NCBI GenBank assembly: GCA_963798085.1
Contig: CAWCRS010000009.1
Location: forward strand, 281,869-345,868
Reading direction: 5' to 3'
Source: an uncultured Gemmatimonadales bacterium
Lineage (GTDB): Bacteria > Gemmatimonadota > Gemmatimonadetes > Longimicrobiales > RSA9
DNA length: 64,000 nucleotides
Under the pieces are notes generated by a model, which saw only the letters and a list, made by a program, of their open reading frames with translations, did no database searches and was not told the origin of the DNA. The translations under genes and the position numbers were made by a program. Positions 19,732 to 30,888 of this stretch are shown here, one piece after another. The first letter of the stretch is position 1; each line of letters begins with the position of its first letter.

Positions 19732-22527
19732 ATGCCCGTGCCGCGCTCCGCTGACCCGCGTTTCAGCCTTCCGGTCTACCGGCTGCTGCTGCGCGTGTAT
19801 CCCCGGCCTTTCCGCGCCCGTTTCGGGTCCCTGATGCAGGCGACGTTTCGCGATGCCGTTCTGGACGCGCGTCACCGGGCCGGCGCCCGCGGCGTGGCCG
19901 CACTCTGGCTGCACACCCTCCGGGACCTGGTCCGCTCCGCCACACGCGAACGCCTGGAGTCTTTAACTGCACTGTTTGGGAAGGCTGTGAAGCCTCGCCC
20001 TGCTGCCACGACCGGGAACGACGATGCGGTCTGGAACCACGATCCCCAGCCACCAGCCCCAGCCCCGGCAACCAGAAACCGACACGGAGTGTCAGGCATG
20101 GCCACGCTGCTGCAGGACCTGCGTTACGCGTTTGTCACCCTGTCGCGGCAGCGCGCCTTCTCGGTGATCGCGGTGCTGACGCTGGCGCTGGGGATTGGCG
20201 CGAACGTCACGCTGTTTTCGCTCGTGGACCACGTGCTGCTGCAGCGCCTGCCGTTCCGCGAGCCGGACCGGCTGGTGCGCATCTACGGCACGTATCCGCC
20301 GCTGCACCAGACGCGCGAGAATGTTTCGCCACTCGATGTGCTGGACTGGCGCGAACAGGCGAAATCGCTGGCCGGCGTGTCCATGGGAACGGGCATGTCG
20401 ATGGCGCTGGCGGGTGCCGGCGACCCGGTCATGGTGCAGGTGGGGGCCGTCTCCGCCAACTGGTTCGATGTCCTCGGTGTCAGCCCGATTCTGGGTCGCG
20501 GGTTCACGCCGGAGGAGGAGGTGGCGGGCAAACATCGTGTTGCGCTGCTGACGGACGGCTTGTGGCGCAGCCGCTTCGGCGCCGATCCGGGTGTCGTGGG
20601 CCGCATGGTGAAGCTGCAGGGCGCCGACTACCAGGTGATCGGTGTGCTGCCGCGGGACTTCGAGTCGCCGGTTCCCACAGCGGCTGGTGATCCGGTGATG
20701 TACCGGCCGCTCGTGATCAACCGCGATCCGGGCGCACGGGGCGGGCATTATCTGCTTTCGATTGCGCGGCTGCGGCCGGGCGTATCGCTGAACTCGGCGC
20801 GCACCGAGATGAACGCAATCACGCAGCGCCTGGCGGCCGCCTACCCCGTGTTCAATACCGATCGCGGCGGCGTGAACATGGTACCGCTGCGTGAGACGAT
20901 TGCCGCCGGCGCCCGCCGTCCGTTGGTCGTGCTCTTCGGCGCGGTCGCGTTTCTGCTCTTCATCGCGTGCGCCAACGTGGCCAACCTGCTGCTGGCTCGG
21001 GCCTCGACCCGGCAGCGTGAGATCGCCGTCCGCACGGCCCTGGGGGCGCGCCGCAGCCGCATCCTGCGTCAGCTGTTCACGGAGAACCTGCTGCTCGCAC
21101 TGCTGGCCGGCGTTGTCGGCCTTGCCCTGGCCATGGGTGCCCTGCGCGTCGTGCCGGCGCTGGCGGCCGGCAATCTGCCGCGCACCGCGAGTCTGGCGCT
21201 GGACGCGCGCGTCGTCTGGTTCGCGCTGGGGACCGTGCTGCTGACAGCGCTGTTATTCGGCATGGCGCCGGCCCGCCGGACGGCGCGCGCCAATGTGCAG
21301 AGCGCCCTGCGTGACGGCGGGCGAGGCGTGACGCAGGGCGGCGGGCGCCATCTGCGCAGCGCGCTGGTCATGGGCGAGGTAGCGATGTCGCTTGTGCTGC
21401 TGGTGGGCGCCGCACTGCTGACGCGCAGTTTCGATCGACTGCTGTCCGTGGACGGGGGCTTCGATCGACGCCACGCACTGACAGCGTCGTTGTCGCTGCC
21501 CGGCGCCACCTATCCCGAGACGCCGCAGATCCTGGCATTCTGGGATGGCGTGCTGCAACGGATTGGCGCACTGCCCGGTGTCACCGCGGTGGGCGGCATC
21601 AACATGATGCCGCTCTCGGGCAGCTACTCGTGCGACAGCTTCGCGCTCGATGACCGCGCCCCGCCGCCCGCCGGGCAGGAGCCGTGTGCCGAGTCACGCC
21701 GCGCCTCGCCCGATTACTTCAATGCCATGGGTATCGCGCTCCTGAGGGGTCGCTTCTTCAACGCGACGGACCGTGCCGGCGGGGTGCCCGCGGTCATCAT
21801 CGATCAGTCGATGGCGCAGCAGTGGTGGCCCGGACAGGACGCCCTGGGCAAGCGCATCAAGTGGGGCGACTTCACCGCCGACGAACCGTGGCGCACCGTC
21901 GTGGGCGTGGTTGCCGATGTGAAGCACTTCGGCCTGGACGCGGCGACCCGTCCGGAGATCTACATGCCACTCGCGCAGGAGGCCTCCGCCGGACTGACGC
22001 TGGTGGTGCGCACCACCGGCGATCCCGACGCACTGGCGGTTGGCCTGCGCGCCGCCGTGCACGCCCAGGACCCGGACCTGCCCGTGTCCAGGCTGCTCAC
22101 GCTGCAACAGATCGTTAGTAATTCCGTGGCGGGCCCGCGCTTCCGCACCATACTCCTGGCGGCGTTCGCGGGCACTGCCCTGCTTCTCTCGCTGGTGGGG
22201 TTGTACGGCGTGCTGGCTTTCGCCGTGGCGCAGCGCCGGCACGAATTCGGCATTCGCATGGCCGTCGGCGCCGCCCGCGGTGACGTGCTGCGCATGGTGC
22301 TGCGCCAGGCCGTGGGTCTGGTGCTGGGCGGCCTGTTCATGGGCGTGCCCGTGGCGCTGCTGGGCACGCGTGCGCTGCGCGGCCTGCTGTTCGGCATCGG
22401 TGCCGGCGACGCGGCCAGCTTCGCGGTGGCGGGCCTGTCCCTGCTGCTGGTGGGCCTGCTGGCCAGCTGGCTGCCGGCACGCCGGGCCACGCGCGTCGAC
22501 CCCATGATCGCCTTGCGCGATATATGA
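19732..22527 (+). CDS. ADOP-type duplicated ABC permease
   Basis: [41 protein letters not shown]; two MacB/FtsX halves. Confidence 0.92.
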   Translation: MPVPRSADPRFSLPVYRLLLRVYPRPFRARFGSLMQATFRDAVLDARHRAGARGVAALWLHTLRDLVRSATRERLESLTALFGKAVKPRPAATTGNDDAVWNHDPQPPAPAPATRNRHGVSGMATLLQDLRYAFVTLSRQRAFSVIAVLTLALGIGANVTLFSLVDHVLLQRLPFREPDRLVRIYGTYPPLHQTRENVSPLDVLDWREQAKSLAGVSMGTGMSMALAGAGDPVMVQVGAVSANWFDVLGVSPILGRGFTPEEEVAGKHRVALLTDGLWRSRFGADPGVVGRMVKLQGADYQVIGVLPRDFESPVPTAAGDPVMYRPLVINRDPGARGGHYLLSIARLRPGVSLNSARTEMNAITQRLAAAYPVFNTDRGGVNMVPLRETIAAGARRPLVVLFGAVAFLLFIACANVANLLLARASTRQREIAVRTALGARRSRILRQLFTENLLLALLAGVVGLALAMGALRVVPALAAGNLPRTASLALDARVVWFALGTVLLTALLFGMAPARRTARANVQSALRDGGRGVTQGGGRHLRSALVMGEVAMSLVLLVGAALLTRSFDRLLSVDGGFDRRHALTASLSLPGATYPETPQILAFWDGVLQRIGALPGVTAVGGINMMPLSGSYSCDSFALDDRAPPPAGQEPCAESRRASPDYFNAMGIALLRGRFFNATDRAGGVPAVIIDQSMAQQWWPGQDALGKRIKWGDFTADEPWRTVVGVVADVKHFGLDAATRPEIYMPLAQEASAGLTLVVRTTGDPDALAVGLRAAVHAQDPDLPVSRLLTLQQIVSNSVAGPRFRTILLAAFAGTALLLSLVGLYGVLAFAVAQRRHEFGIRMAVGAARGDVLRMVLRQAVGLVLGGLFMGVPVALLGTRALRGLLFGIGAGDAASFAVAGLSLLLVGLLASWLPARRATRVDPMIALRDI

Positions 22528-25343
22528 CAACACCGCGTTATCCGCGCGCGGCGGGCCTTTCATTCCGCCTGTACCGGTGGCTGCTGGCGCTCTACCCGCG
22601 CGGTTTCCGCGAGCGCTTCCGCGCCCTGATGCAGGCGACGTTCCGCGATGCGGTCCAGGAGGCGCTGCAGCGTGCCGGCCCTTCCGGGCTGGCCGGCCTC
22701 TGGCTGCGCACGCTCACCGATCTCGTGCGCTCCGCCGTACGCGAACACCTCGACGCCCTGACCGGCCGCACGGCCGCCGATCCGTTCGCAAACGCGCGCG
22801 ATGGGCGCGACAATGCCTGGATCTACGATCCCCAGCAACCAGCCCCAGCCCCAGCAACCAGCCACGCTTCTCTCAGGAAAAGCATGTCGACCTTCACGCA
22901 GGACTCGCGCTACGGTCTGCGCACGCTGTTGCGCCGGCCCGGCTTCAGCTTCATTGCCGTGCTGACACTGGCACTCGGCATCGGTGCGAACAGCGCCTTG
23001 TTCAGCGTGGTGCAGTCCGTGCTGCTGACGCCGCTGCCCTACAGGGACCCGCAGCAGATCGCCATGATCTGGAGTCGCTGGAAAGGTTTCGACAAGACGT
23101 GGGTGTCGGAGGAGGAGTACCAGAACTACCGTGCGACGGTACACAGCTTCAGCGACCTTGCCATTTTCGAGCAGTACCAGGCCAATATCACGGAGGGTGA
23201 CAACCCTGCGCTCGTGCCCGTCATGCGCTTCTCGCCCAACCTCATGAATATGCTGGGCGTGGCGCCGGCGCTGGGGCGCAGCTTCCTGGCGGAGGAGGCG
23301 CCGCTGCAGGGCAACCCCGCCAATGTCGTGATGCTGAGCTGGGAGCTGTGGCAGCAGCGCTTCGCGGGCGATCCGGGGGTGCTGGGCCGCAAGCTCAGCA
23401 TCAACGGCGAGCCGTACGAGATCGTGGGCGTGATGCCGGCCGGTTTCCGCCTGCCCCTCGACTACAAGACGGATCGTCCCACGCGTCTCTGGCTCCCGCA
23501 CGCGCTCAGCGTGCCGCCCGGGCCGTTGCCCAAGACAGGCACCAGTCACGGCTCGTACGTGATCGGCCGCCTGCGGCCCGGTGTCACGGCCGCTGCCGCT
23601 AATGCAGAGTTAGAGCAGCTGTCGGCGCGCCTCGACGAGGAAGGGTACTACCCGCCTGACTGGCACTTCCAGGCCTTTGCCGTGAGTGCTGCCGATGAAG
23701 TGGCGGGTGCCATGCGCCCGGCGCTGCTGGTGCTGCTGGGTGCTGTGGGTCTGGTGCTGCTCATTGCCTGCGCCAACGTGGCCAACCTGCTGCTGGTGCG
23801 AGGTGAGGACCGGCGGCGCGAGATGGCCGTGCGATCCGCGCTCGGCGCGAATCGCGGCCGGCTGGTGCGCCAGCTGCTGGCCGAGAATCTGCTGTTATCA
23901 CTGACCGGTGGTGGGGCCGGCATCGCACTCGCCTGGGCAGGCGTGGCGGCGCTGCGTTACATCGCGCCGGCCAACCTGGCGCGCGTGCCCGAGACCGCCA
24001 TCGACGGCGGCGTCCTCGCCTTCACCGCGCTGTTGTCCGTTGCCACGGCGCTGATCTTCGGCCTGCTGCCCGCGCTGCAGGTGGCGAGGGCCAACGCGCA
24101 GGCCGTACTGCGTGAGGGCGGGCGCGCCAATACGGCCGGGCGCGCGCGCCATCGCGTGCGTCGCATGCTGGTCGCCGGCGAAGTCGCGCTGGCCGTGATG
24201 CTGGCCGCGGGTGCCGGCCTCATGCTGCGCAGCTTCTGGAAGCTGGTCGACATCGATCCCGGTTTCCACGCGCAGAACGTGCTCACCATGCGCCTCTCCA
24301 CACCGGCCGCATTCTACACGGACGACGCCGCGGTCACGTCGTTCTACAGTCAGCTGCTCGAGCGCGTGCGCGCGCTGCCCGGCGTCCGGTCGGCGGGCCT
24401 CATACGCGTGCTGCCCATCGATCAGGAGATCGGTGATTCCTGCGTGGGCGTCGATGGCTACACGCCACCGCCCGGCGAATGTCCGGCCAGCGACTGGCAG
24501 GCCGCCAGCGATGGGTACTTCGAAACCATGGGCACCCGTCTCATTGAAGGCCGCTTCATCGAAGCGGCAGATACGCATGATGCGCCGCAGGTGATGGTCG
24601 TGAACCAGGCGTTCGTGCACCGCTACATCGCCGATGGCCAGGCGATCGGCAAACGTGTGACGTTCAGCTTCCTGCAGAATCCCCGGCCGCAGACGATCGT
24701 CGGCGTGGTCGCCGATATGCACCACAACGGCCTCACGGGCGTGGTAAAGCCCGCGTTCTTCCGGCCGCACGCGCAGTGGGCGGTCAGCACCGGTTTCCCG
24801 CAACGCAGCATGGCGCTGGTGGTGCGCACCAGCGGCAACACGCGCGCGATGATCCCGAGCGTGCGCGCGCAGATCCGCGCACTGGATCCGCGCCTGCCGG
24901 TCTCCGGCGAGCAGCTGATGCAGGATGTCCTCGCGCGCGCGGTGGCACAGCCCCGCTTCACGCTCGTGCTGCTCATGGTGTTCGGCGGGCTGGCCCTGTC
25001 ACTGGCTGTCGTCGGCATCTATGGCGTGGTCTCGTACGCGGTCGCCGCCAGCCGTCAGGAGCTGGGCATTCGCATGGCGCTGGGCGCGGCGCCGCGCAGC
25101 GTCGTGTGGCTCTCGCTGCGCGAAGGCCTGGGCCACGCACTGGGCGGCGTACTGATCGGCACCGTGGGAGCACTGGGCGCGACACGCATCATGCAGTCGA
25201 TCGTCTACAACGTGCCCACCACCGACCCGACCACGTACGCGTCCGTCGCGCTGATCGGGCTGCTGGCGGCATTTCTGGCCAGCTACATACCCGCGCGACG
25301 TGCCTCGCGCACGGACCCGCTCGTGGCGTTGCGCACCGAGTGA
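22524..25343 (+). CDS. ADOP-type duplicated ABC permease
   Basis: Same motifs ([38 protein letters not shown]). Confidence 0.92.
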   Translation: MTTPRYPRAAGLSFRLYRWLLALYPRGFRERFRALMQATFRDAVQEALQRAGPSGLAGLWLRTLTDLVRSAVREHLDALTGRTAADPFANARDGRDNAWIYDPQQPAPAPATSHASLRKSMSTFTQDSRYGLRTLLRRPGFSFIAVLTLALGIGANSALFSVVQSVLLTPLPYRDPQQIAMIWSRWKGFDKTWVSEEEYQNYRATVHSFSDLAIFEQYQANITEGDNPALVPVMRFSPNLMNMLGVAPALGRSFLAEEAPLQGNPANVVMLSWELWQQRFAGDPGVLGRKLSINGEPYEIVGVMPAGFRLPLDYKTDRPTRLWLPHALSVPPGPLPKTGTSHGSYVIGRLRPGVTAAAANAELEQLSARLDEEGYYPPDWHFQAFAVSAADEVAGAMRPALLVLLGAVGLVLLIACANVANLLLVRGEDRRREMAVRSALGANRGRLVRQLLAENLLLSLTGGGAGIALAWAGVAALRYIAPANLARVPETAIDGGVLAFTALLSVATALIFGLLPALQVARANAQAVLREGGRANTAGRARHRVRRMLVAGEVALAVMLAAGAGLMLRSFWKLVDIDPGFHAQNVLTMRLSTPAAFYTDDAAVTSFYSQLLERVRALPGVRSAGLIRVLPIDQEIGDSCVGVDGYTPPPGECPASDWQAASDGYFETMGTRLIEGRFIEAADTHDAPQVMVVNQAFVHRYIADGQAIGKRVTFSFLQNPRPQTIVGVVADMHHNGLTGVVKPAFFRPHAQWAVSTGFPQRSMALVVRTSGNTRAMIPSVRAQIRALDPRLPVSGEQLMQDVLARAVAQPRFTLVLLMVFGGLALSLAVVGIYGVVSYAVAASRQELGIRMALGAAPRSVVWLSLREGLGHALGGVLIGTVGALGATRIMQSIVYNVPTTDPTTYASVALIGLLAAFLASYIPARRASRTDPLVALRTE

Positions 25344-25379
25344 GGCCCGCAGCGGACTGCGGATCGTCGCTGGGTTGCC

Positions 25380-28121
25380 TCACTCGGCCTTTCGCAACGC
25401 AACCAGCGGATCCAGTCGCGCCGCCTGCAGCGCGGGCAGCAGACAGGCGAGCAGCGCGATGGAGAGCACGAGCGCAGTGACCGCGGCGTAGGTCAGCGGA
25501 TCGCGCGTATGGACGCCATACAGCAGCGAGCCCAGAACACGCGTTGTCGCCAATGCACCGAGCAGCCCGGCGGCGATGCCGCCGAGCATCAGCGCAACGT
25601 TCTGACGCAGGATCATCCAGGTCACGCCGCGCGGCCGCGCACCCACGGCCATGCGCACGCCGATCTCGGCAGTGCGCCGGCTCACGCCGCAGGAAATCAC
25701 GCCGTAGATGCCGATCACGCCCAGCATCATGGCGACCGTCGCGGCAATGAACAGCAGCGTCATCGTGAACGCCATTTGTGCGCGGCCCTGCGCCAGCAGA
25801 CCGTCCAGCGTGGTGACATGCGCGACCGCGATCGCTGGATCCACGGTGGCGACTTCGCGGCGCACTGCATTGAGCACGGACAGCGGGGCGACGGCGGTGC
25901 GCACGACGTACGCCAGCTCCTGCGGGCGAGGCAGCCAGTTGAGCGTATCGACGAGCGGGTAGTAGAGTGATGCGGCCGGCTGCTTCTCGGTCAGCGACAA
26001 CGCCGGCAGATTCGGCACCACGCCCACGACGGTGAACCAGGGCATCCCGGTTCCACCGGTTTCGGGCGCCACGCGCTGTCCGACCGGGTCCTCGCCCGGG
26101 AAATAGCGGTCTGCGAGCGCGCAGTCGATCACCACTGCGCCGCTGCGCTGCTCGAGATCCGCGCGCTCCAGCACGCGGCCGGCGATCGCGTGAATGCCCA
26201 TGGTCTCGAACCAGCCCGGCGCCACACGACGCATGGATACCATGGGCCGGATCTCGGAAGACGGCGCGGGTTTGCCCTGTACCGCGATGGGGTCCCAGAA
26301 GCAAAGGCCATCGAGCGGCAGACACGTCGAACCGGAGACGGAGCGCACGCCCGGCAGCGCCGCAATGCGCTGCATGATGCGATCGTGCGTGTCGGCAACG
26401 CGCGTGACATCGGCGTACCCGGGGCCGGCCAGACCAATGCGGAAAACGAGTGCGTCTTCCGTCTGGAAGCCGGGATTCTGGTTCCTCAGCGCACGGAAGC
26501 TCCGGATCATCAGCCCGGAGCCCACCAGCAGTACCAGCGCCAGCGCCACCTGACCGGCCATTAGCAGATGTCGTGCGCGCATGCGCGGCGCCGACGCGGT
26601 CAGGGCGCGGCCACCTTCGTGCAGCACGGGCGCCAGCGCGCGCTGCCGCCGCGCCAGCGGCAGCAGCGCGAAGAGCAGCGTGCTGAGCAGCGCCAGGCAT
26701 ACACTGAAGCCCAGCACGACGATGTCCAGACGCACCTCGTGCAGCCTTGGCAGATCGCGCGGGCCGTAGCGTGCGAGCAGGCGCACACCCAGCCAGGCGC
26801 CGCCCAGACCGAGCGCTGCGCCCGCGCCGCTCAGCAATGCGCTCTCTGCGGCGTAGAACATCATGATGCCTCGCCGGCCCGCGCCCAGAGCGCGGCGCAC
26901 GGCATCTTCGCGCTGCCGCCTCTCGGAACGCACCAGGAACAGGTTGGCGACATTGGCGCACGCCACGAGCAGCACGATGCCCACCGCCGCCAGCAGGATC
27001 CAGAGTGTGCGCTGCACGGCGCCGCCCACCACGTGCTCGAGCAGCGGCACGGGTTGCGCCGCCAGCCCGGCTTTCTTCAGGATGTCGGTAACAGGGCGTT
27101 TGTCCGGGTAGATCTCCGGCAGCTGTGCGATCAGGTGGTCCAGGTCGGTGCGCACGTCGGCGAGGGACACGCCCGGCCGCAGTCGGGCCACGCCATCGTA
27201 GCCGAACCCCAGCACGCGCGGGTTGGCTGCGTCGATCACGGCGGGGACGTAGATGTCCGTGCGCGGATCAGGAAAATCGAACGCGGGCGGCATAACACCG
27301 ATCACCTGGCTGGCGCCGCCATTCAGGATGACATTGCGGCCGATGATGCCGGGGTCGCCGCCGTAGCGCCGCAGCCAGAGACCGTGGCTGAGAACCACCA
27401 CGCGGTCGCCATCGGGCGTGCCCTCCCGTTCGTCGAACCAGCGGCCCAGCCGCGGCGACACCTGCAGCACATGGGTCAGGGAGGGCGTGGCGAACGTCAT
27501 GCGCACGCGCTGCGCGCTGCCGTTGTCGCTGAGCGTGCCTTCCCCGGAGGGATAGAGGGCCACGCTCTCCAGCGTGCGGCTGTGCCGCGCGTAGTGCAGG
27601 TACAGGCCCTCCGTCATGTTGACATCGGTCTGGCCCGGGAAACCGGGCGCCGAGTGCCCCAGCCAGACCAGTTGCTCCGAGCCGGGCCACGGCAGCGGCC
27701 GCAGCACTACCCGGTACACCACGCTGAAAATCGCGATGTTCGCGCCCAGTGCTAACGCAAGTGTCAGCACAGTGGCCAGTGTGAACGCAGGACTGCGCGC
27801 CAGCCGTCGCAGCGCATGGCGAAGTTCGCGTGCGCTGGCCCGTACCATCGAATCGTGCGTTCCGCCGGATCGCGGCTGACGCCGTCGGCCGCGTCGTCGC
27901 TCCCGCCATGCGGAGAGCAGCACGGCGCCCAGCTCGCGCGCCCAGAAGCGCAGCCGCCCGATGGCCGCGCGCTCTTCACCAATGCGTTGTGCCATCATTG
28001 CTTCCATCGCGGATTGGTATTCTTCCAGGAACGGGCGGGGGTGCAGCGCGAGGACGCGCAGCCACGCATGGTGCGCGGCGCGCTCGAGTGCGTTCTGCGC
28101 GCGGCCGTGCGGCGCGCTCAC
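25380..28121 (-). CDS. ADOP-type duplicated ABC permease
   Basis: [38 protein letters not shown]. Confidence 0.92.
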   Translation of the reverse strand: MSAPHGRAQNALERAAHHAWLRVLALHPRPFLEEYQSAMEAMMAQRIGEERAAIGRLRFWARELGAVLLSAWRERRRGRRRQPRSGGTHDSMVRASARELRHALRRLARSPAFTLATVLTLALALGANIAIFSVVYRVVLRPLPWPGSEQLVWLGHSAPGFPGQTDVNMTEGLYLHYARHSRTLESVALYPSGEGTLSDNGSAQRVRMTFATPSLTHVLQVSPRLGRWFDEREGTPDGDRVVVLSHGLWLRRYGGDPGIIGRNVILNGGASQVIGVMPPAFDFPDPRTDIYVPAVIDAANPRVLGFGYDGVARLRPGVSLADVRTDLDHLIAQLPEIYPDKRPVTDILKKAGLAAQPVPLLEHVVGGAVQRTLWILLAAVGIVLLVACANVANLFLVRSERRQREDAVRRALGAGRRGIMMFYAAESALLSGAGAALGLGGAWLGVRLLARYGPRDLPRLHEVRLDIVVLGFSVCLALLSTLLFALLPLARRQRALAPVLHEGGRALTASAPRMRARHLLMAGQVALALVLLVGSGLMIRSFRALRNQNPGFQTEDALVFRIGLAGPGYADVTRVADTHDRIMQRIAALPGVRSVSGSTCLPLDGLCFWDPIAVQGKPAPSSEIRPMVSMRRVAPGWFETMGIHAIAGRVLERADLEQRSGAVVIDCALADRYFPGEDPVGQRVAPETGGTGMPWFTVVGVVPNLPALSLTEKQPAASLYYPLVDTLNWLPRPQELAYVVRTAVAPLSVLNAVRREVATVDPAIAVAHVTTLDGLLAQGRAQMAFTMTLLFIAATVAMMLGVIGIYGVISCGVSRRTAEIGVRMAVGARPRGVTWMILRQNVALMLGGIAAGLLGALATTRVLGSLLYGVHTRDPLTYAAVTALVLSIALLACLLPALQAARLDPLVALRKAE

Positions 28122-28167
28122 GAGCCCCCGCCTTCCGTTTCCGTGCGCAGCGAAGGCATCGCGTGGC

Positions 28168-30885
28168 TCAATCGCGTTGCAGCGCGCTGAGCGGATCCAG
28201 CCGCGCGGCCCGTCTCGCGGGCAGCCAGCACGCGCCCAGCGCCATGAGCAGAACCAGCACCGTCACCGCGAACCAGGTCGCGGGATCGTGCGCGCCCACG
28301 CGAAACAGCAGTACCGCGATCAGGCGCGACGAAGCCAGCCCGCACAGGAGACCCGCCGCAATCCCGACCGATGTGATGGCGGCACCCTGGCGCAGGATCA
28401 TGCCGGCGACAGCGCGCGGCTCGGCGCCCAGGGCCAGACGAACGCCGATCTCGCTCGCGCGCTGACTCACGCCGTACGCCATGACACCGTAAATGCCAAC
28501 CAGGCCGAGCAGCAGAGCCATGCCGGCGGCAGTGGCCAGCAGGATCTGTTCGAAGGTCCACTGCGCGCGCGCGCCCGACAGCACATCCGAGAGCGGTTCC
28601 GCGAGAGCCACGCTCATGGCCGGCTCCGTCTCGCGCACCGCAGCCCGCACACTGTTCAGCAGTGATGCTGCAGGCGAAGCGGTGCGCAGCACGAAGGACA
28701 TCACCTGCAGCAACGGACCTGTGTCCTGATCGGAGAGCGGGAAATACACGGTGGCGTCGGCGCTGTCTCGGAGCGACAGCCCCGGCGTGTTGTCGACCAC
28801 ACCCACGACCGTGAACCAGTGCGGGTCCCTCTCCTCATCGTCCGGATAGATCCGCTGGCCCACGGGATCGAGCCTCGCGAAAAAGCGGTCGGCAAGCGCG
28901 CGATTGATGACCACGGCGTTCGTCGCACCGTTGTCATCCTGTGGTCCGAGGAAGCGACCCGCGCGCAGGCGCATGCCCAGAACCTCGAAGAAACCGGAGG
29001 CCACACGACGCATGGCGACCACGCGCGGCGAGGCGCCCGCGGGCAGCGGCTGATCCGCGATCTGCAGCGCATCGTTGTAGGCGCACGGGCCGAGCGGCGG
29101 ACACGTGGTCGCGGTTGCCAGACGCACGCCGGGCAACGCACGCAGCCGGTCGAGCACGCGCGCATCGCTCGCCGCCGCGCGCAGCCTGGCCTCGTGACTG
29201 AACTGGTTCGACTGCTGCAGGTGCGTGCGCACCAGCACCGCTTCGCTCGCGTCGAAGCCCAGATCCATGCGCAGCAGCTTCAGGAAACTGCGTGTCAGCA
29301 GACCGGATGCCAGCAGCAGCACCAGCACCATCGCCACCTGTGCGCCCATCAGCACGTGGCGCACACGCATGTGCGACCGGCTGGTGGTGGCGCCGCGACC
29401 CCCCTCGCGCAGCGCCAGCGCCGACCATCGGCCCAGGCGCAGCATGGGCAGCAGGCTCAGGAACGATCCCGCCAGCACGGTGAGCAATGCGGTCAATGCG
29501 ACGACGCCCGCGTCCACGCGCACTTCGTCGAGACGCGGCAGGTCGCGCGGACCGACGGCGAGCAGCACGTGCACAGCGCCATAGCCGAGCAGCAGGCCCG
29601 CACCGCCGCTGATCAGGGAGAGCCAGGCGCTCTCTGCCAGAAAGGAGAGAGCTACGCCTGTCCGTCCCGCACCCAGCGCGCGACGCACGGCCACTTCCCG
29701 CCGCCTCGCCTCCGCTCGCACCAGAAACAGGTTGGCGACATTGGCACAGCCCACGAGCAGCACGATGGCGACTGCGCCCAGCAGCACCCACAGCACGCTC
29801 GCAATGCTGCCAACAACGTGTTGTCTGAGCGTCACCGCGACCGAGCGCAGGCGCAGCGGGCCCAGGAACTCCGCGATGTCGGCATTGCCGGGAAACGCGG
29901 CGGGCAGACCCGCGATGAGCCGGTCCACCTCCGCGCGCAACTCGGCCACCGTGACCCCGGGCGCCATGCGCGCCACCGCCTTGTAGTTGAGGCCGCGCAT
30001 GCGCAGGTTCGCGGTGTCCAGGCGAAGCGGCACGTACAACGCCGACTGCGCATCAGGGAATGCGAAGCCGGGGGGCATGACGCCAATGATCTCGCACGCG
30101 CCCACACCGGTACGCAGTGTCCGCCCGAGCACCGCCGGATCGCTGCCCATCTGCTGCACCCACTCGCCATGGCTCAGCACCACCACGCATGGCTCGCCAT
30201 TGCGCTGCACGCCCTCCGCGTCGCTGAACCAGCGGCCCAGCCGGGGTGTCACGCGCAGCACCCGCCCCAGCGAGGGCGAGGCAAACACCGCGTTAACGCG
30301 CCGCACATCGCTCTGGCCGGCCACAGCCAGTTCGCCCGACTGGTACAGGGCCAGATCCTCGAGCGTGTGCGCGTTGCGGTGAAGATGCCAGGCCAGCGCC
30401 TCCGACAGGGGCACGCCCGCTTCCATGCGCAGGCCGGGCGCGGCCAGGTCCAGGTAGACGATGCGATCGGATGCGGGATAGGGGAGGGGCTCGAGCAGCA
30501 CACGCCGCACCAGCGTGTAGATCGCCGCGTTGGCGGCCAGCGCCAGGGCGAGCGTCAGCCCCGCCGCCAGGCTGAAGGCAGGCGAGCGCAGCAGTCGGCG
30601 CGCGGCGAAGCGCAGCTCCAGCGCCAGCCGCCCCGCGCCACCGCCACGGCGAGGGCCACGCGCAGGCAATGTCGCTGCACCCGCCGCCTGACCCACGAGA
30701 CGGCGCAACCCCGCGCCCACAGCGCTCATCAGCTCGCGCGACCAGAGTCGCAGTACGCGACCACCGCCCGTGGCTCGCGCTTCGTCCAGACGGCGCACGA
30801 ACATCTCGTGCATGGCATCGCCATACGCTTCGCGGAGTTCCCGCGGATAGAAGCGCAGCAGCAGCAGCCAGAGGCGGGGACGCAT
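28168..30885 (-). CDS. ADOP-type duplicated ABC permease
   Basis: ELRFAARRLLRSPAF, GCANVANLFL, RLDPLSALQRD. Confidence 0.92.
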   Translation of the reverse strand: MRPRLWLLLLRFYPRELREAYGDAMHEMFVRRLDEARATGGGRVLRLWSRELMSAVGAGLRRLVGQAAGAATLPARGPRRGGGAGRLALELRFAARRLLRSPAFSLAAGLTLALALAANAAIYTLVRRVLLEPLPYPASDRIVYLDLAAPGLRMEAGVPLSEALAWHLHRNAHTLEDLALYQSGELAVAGQSDVRRVNAVFASPSLGRVLRVTPRLGRWFSDAEGVQRNGEPCVVVLSHGEWVQQMGSDPAVLGRTLRTGVGACEIIGVMPPGFAFPDAQSALYVPLRLDTANLRMRGLNYKAVARMAPGVTVAELRAEVDRLIAGLPAAFPGNADIAEFLGPLRLRSVAVTLRQHVVGSIASVLWVLLGAVAIVLLVGCANVANLFLVRAEARRREVAVRRALGAGRTGVALSFLAESAWLSLISGGAGLLLGYGAVHVLLAVGPRDLPRLDEVRVDAGVVALTALLTVLAGSFLSLLPMLRLGRWSALALREGGRGATTSRSHMRVRHVLMGAQVAMVLVLLLASGLLTRSFLKLLRMDLGFDASEAVLVRTHLQQSNQFSHEARLRAAASDARVLDRLRALPGVRLATATTCPPLGPCAYNDALQIADQPLPAGASPRVVAMRRVASGFFEVLGMRLRAGRFLGPQDDNGATNAVVINRALADRFFARLDPVGQRIYPDDEERDPHWFTVVGVVDNTPGLSLRDSADATVYFPLSDQDTGPLLQVMSFVLRTASPAASLLNSVRAAVRETEPAMSVALAEPLSDVLSGARAQWTFEQILLATAAGMALLLGLVGIYGVMAYGVSQRASEIGVRLALGAEPRAVAGMILRQGAAITSVGIAAGLLCGLASSRLIAVLLFRVGAHDPATWFAVTVLVLLMALGACWLPARRAARLDPLSALQRD

Positions 30886-30888
30886 GCG

